64,000 nucleotides of DNA from Macrostomum hystrix (lineage: Eukaryota > Animalia > Platyhelminthes). The translations under genes were made by a program, and so were the position numbers. The notes beneath the pieces were generated by a model that saw only the letters and a program-made list of their open reading frames with translations, made no database searches and had not been told where the DNA came from. The stretch lies in contig CATNEN010000038.1 of the NCBI GenBank assembly GCA_950097015.1, forward strand, positions 20,894,001 to 20,958,000. The letters run 5' to 3'. Shown here in pieces: positions 62,238 to 64,000 of the stretch (position 1 is its first letter; every line of letters begins with the position of its first letter).

Positions 62238-63437
62238 ATGTTGTCCACAACGACACCGCCGACCCTGCTGCTGCTGCTGATGCTGCTCTGGACAGGTGAG
62301 AATCACGAGTTCTTAAGACTAGCGTCTAGACTTCCTAGCCTTCCCATTTACTCTCTTCGCATCACCATCCCTTTATTTCCTTCACCACCCACTCTTCCCT
62401 TCATCATCTCTCTCTTCTGTCACCATCCCTCTCTTTCTTTCACCATTCCTCTCTTCCATTCACCATCCCTCTCCTCCATTCACCATCCCTCTCCTCCATT
62501 CACCATCCCTCTCCTCCATTCACCATCCCTCTCCTCCATTCACCATCCTTCTCCTCCATTCACCACCCCTCTCCTCCATTCACCATCCCTCTCCTCCATT
62601 CACCATCCCTCTCCTCCATTCACCATCCCTCTCCTCCATTCACCATCCCTCTCCTCCATTCACCATCCCTCTCCTCCATTCACCATACCTCTCCTCCATT
62701 CACCATCCCTCTCCTCCATTCACCATCCCTCTCCTCCATTCACCATCCCTCTCCTCCATTCACCATCCCTCTCCTCCATTCACCATCCCTCTCCTCCATT
62801 CACCATCCCTCTCCTCCATTCACCATCCCTCTCCTCCATTCACCATCCCTCTCCTCCATTCACCATCCCTCTCAAACTCGCAGCTCCTGCAGTGGCGCAG
62901 TCGGCCGCCGCAGCGCAGACCCCGTACGCCGCAATGGTGATTGTGGCTCTCATCCTGGCATTGATGGGAGCAGCACTGCTTGTAGTCCTTGTCGTTGTTT
63001 GTCATTTCGCCTGGCTACGCCAGACATCGTTGAAGCGTCGAGCGGCGAGGCAGCCTCAGCTGGCGCTGCCATCGACAGTGCCAAAGGGTCAGACAGTTAC
63101 CGACGCATCTTTGAAGCTGACGCAGAGACATGTACCACAACCGGAGCCTGTACCTAGCATCGCTGATCCTGCCCACATAGGACTGCAGATTCAAGAGCCT
63201 GTCATTGAAATTGTGAAAGTGCCAGCGATTCGGTCTCAGCCAAAGCTGACGCCGCAGTCGCCGCGGGTGGAGATGCGTCACACTGCCAGCCAGTTCCTGG
63301 AGTTTCTCAGCCGAAAGTGGAATATAGAGCAGCATCCGGCACCGGCTGCGAAGGTGGGCAAGAAATCCCGTGTTGCTAGCCAACCACAATCAAACTCAGA
63401 AAAAACCGCCGCATACCCAACAATCTCAGCAACGTAG
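62238..63437 (+). CDS. Small single-pass type I membrane protein of unknown family, ~203 aa spliced (2 exons)
   Basis: Exon 1 62238-62295 (MLSTTTPPTLLLLLMLLWT, signal-peptide-like), donor GTGAGA, intron 62296-62883 ending CTCGCAG, exon 2 62884-63437 with hydrophobic MVIVALILALMGAALLVVLVVVCHFAWL followed by basic KRR and a Pro/Gln-rich tail. Confidence 0.7.
   Translation: MLSTTTPPTLLLLLMLLWTGENHEFLRLASRLPSLPIYSLRITIPLFPSPPTLPFIISLFCHHPSLSFTIPLFHSPSLSSIHHPSPPFTIPLLHSPSLSSIHHPSPPFTTPLLHSPSLSSIHHPSPPFTIPLLHSPSLSSIHHPSPPFTIPLLHSPSLSSIHHPSPPFTIPLLHSPSLSSIHHPSPPFTIPLLHSPSLSSIHHPSPPFTIPLKLAAPAVAQSAAAAQTPYAAMVIVALILALMGAALLVVLVVVCHFAWLRQTSLKRRAARQPQLALPSTVPKGQTVTDASLKLTQRHVPQPEPVPSIADPAHIGLQIQEPVIEIVKVPAIRSQPKLTPQSPRVEMRHTASQFLEFLSRKWNIEQHPAPAAKVGKKSRVASQPQSNSEKTAAYPTISAT
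62420..62873. repeat. 20-bp intronic minisatellite (CACCATCCCTCTCCTCCATT)
   Basis: ~22 units ending 10 nt before the acceptor at 62883. Confidence 0.96.
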
Positions 63438-63519
63438 GAACACCGCTTTTCTTCAATCGATAATTGGTTCGCCGATTTTCTCCCAATATCATTGTGGAAT
63501 TTTCCATTTTTGCAAACTT

Positions 63520-64000
63520 CTATAGTGGGATCGCCGATTTCGCCACCATTTCATAATGTGCCGTTTAAGCCAAAATTTTATAGTGGGATCGCCGATTTCA
63601 TCACCATTTCATAATGGGATCGCCGATTTCATCACCATTTCATAATGGGATCGCCGATTTTTCCCCAATTTCATAATGGGATCGCCGATTTCGTCAGAAT
63701 TTCTTAATGGGATCGTCGATTTAGCCAAAATTTTATAGTGGGATCGCCGATTTTGCCCCAATTTCATAATAAGATCGCCGATTTAGTTAGAATTTCGTAA
63801 CGGGATCGCCGATTTTGCCACAATTTCATAATGGGATCGCCAATTTTGTCACAATGTTATAGTGGGATCGCCGATTTTGCCCCAATTTCATAATGGGATC
63901 GCCGATTTCGTCAGAATTTCTTAATGCGATCGTCGATTTAGCCACAATTTTATAGTGGGATCGACGATTTCGCGCCAATTTCATAATGGGACCGCCGATT
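63520..64000. repeat. 31-bp diverged minisatellite (GGGATCGCCGATTT...ATTTCATAAT), runs off the right edge
   Basis: Conserved GGGATCGCCGATTT at 31-bp spacing. Confidence 0.92.

Noticed and set aside
63520-64000. CRISPR-like look (conserved GGGATCGCCGATTT with variable interspaces); also the 31-43-bp arrays elsewhere
   Set aside because: Interspaces are homologous to each other, not unique spacers; eukaryotic context; no cas genes.

Overview
Eukaryotic (metazoan) genomic DNA with spliceosomal GT-AG introns. The extreme minisatellite load and Ala/Gln-rich coding style resemble a free-living flatworm such as Macrostomum, but this is a guess, not a database match. The first ~30 kb has no supportable protein-coding gene and is roughly 55-60% tandem arrays of about 16 different units, plus tRNA-derived SINEs. 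The remaining ~34 kb holds five genes whose exons I joined by hand with consistent phases: an L1CAM/neuroglian-like adhesion molecule (+, 6 Ig + 5 FN3 + TM, apparently without the FIGQY ankyrin motif), PAN3 (-), an intronless HSBP1-domain gene (+), IQCE (-, with a 22-nt microexon) and a small single-pass membrane protein (+) whose single intron is an in-frame, stop-free minisatellite. Mobile DNA includes a hAT-type MITE (16-bp TIR, 8-bp TSD) carrying a minisatellite, a 669-bp SINE with a 14-bp TSD, three copies of a second SINE and a degenerate MITE. Most long ORFs in the supplied track are translations of tandem repeats. The most notable patterns are intron-by-intron colonisation by distinct minisatellites, transposon-borne minisatellite spread, inverted pairs of same-family arrays and a shared GAGTGA/GAGAGT core. 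Repeat boundaries are approximate.
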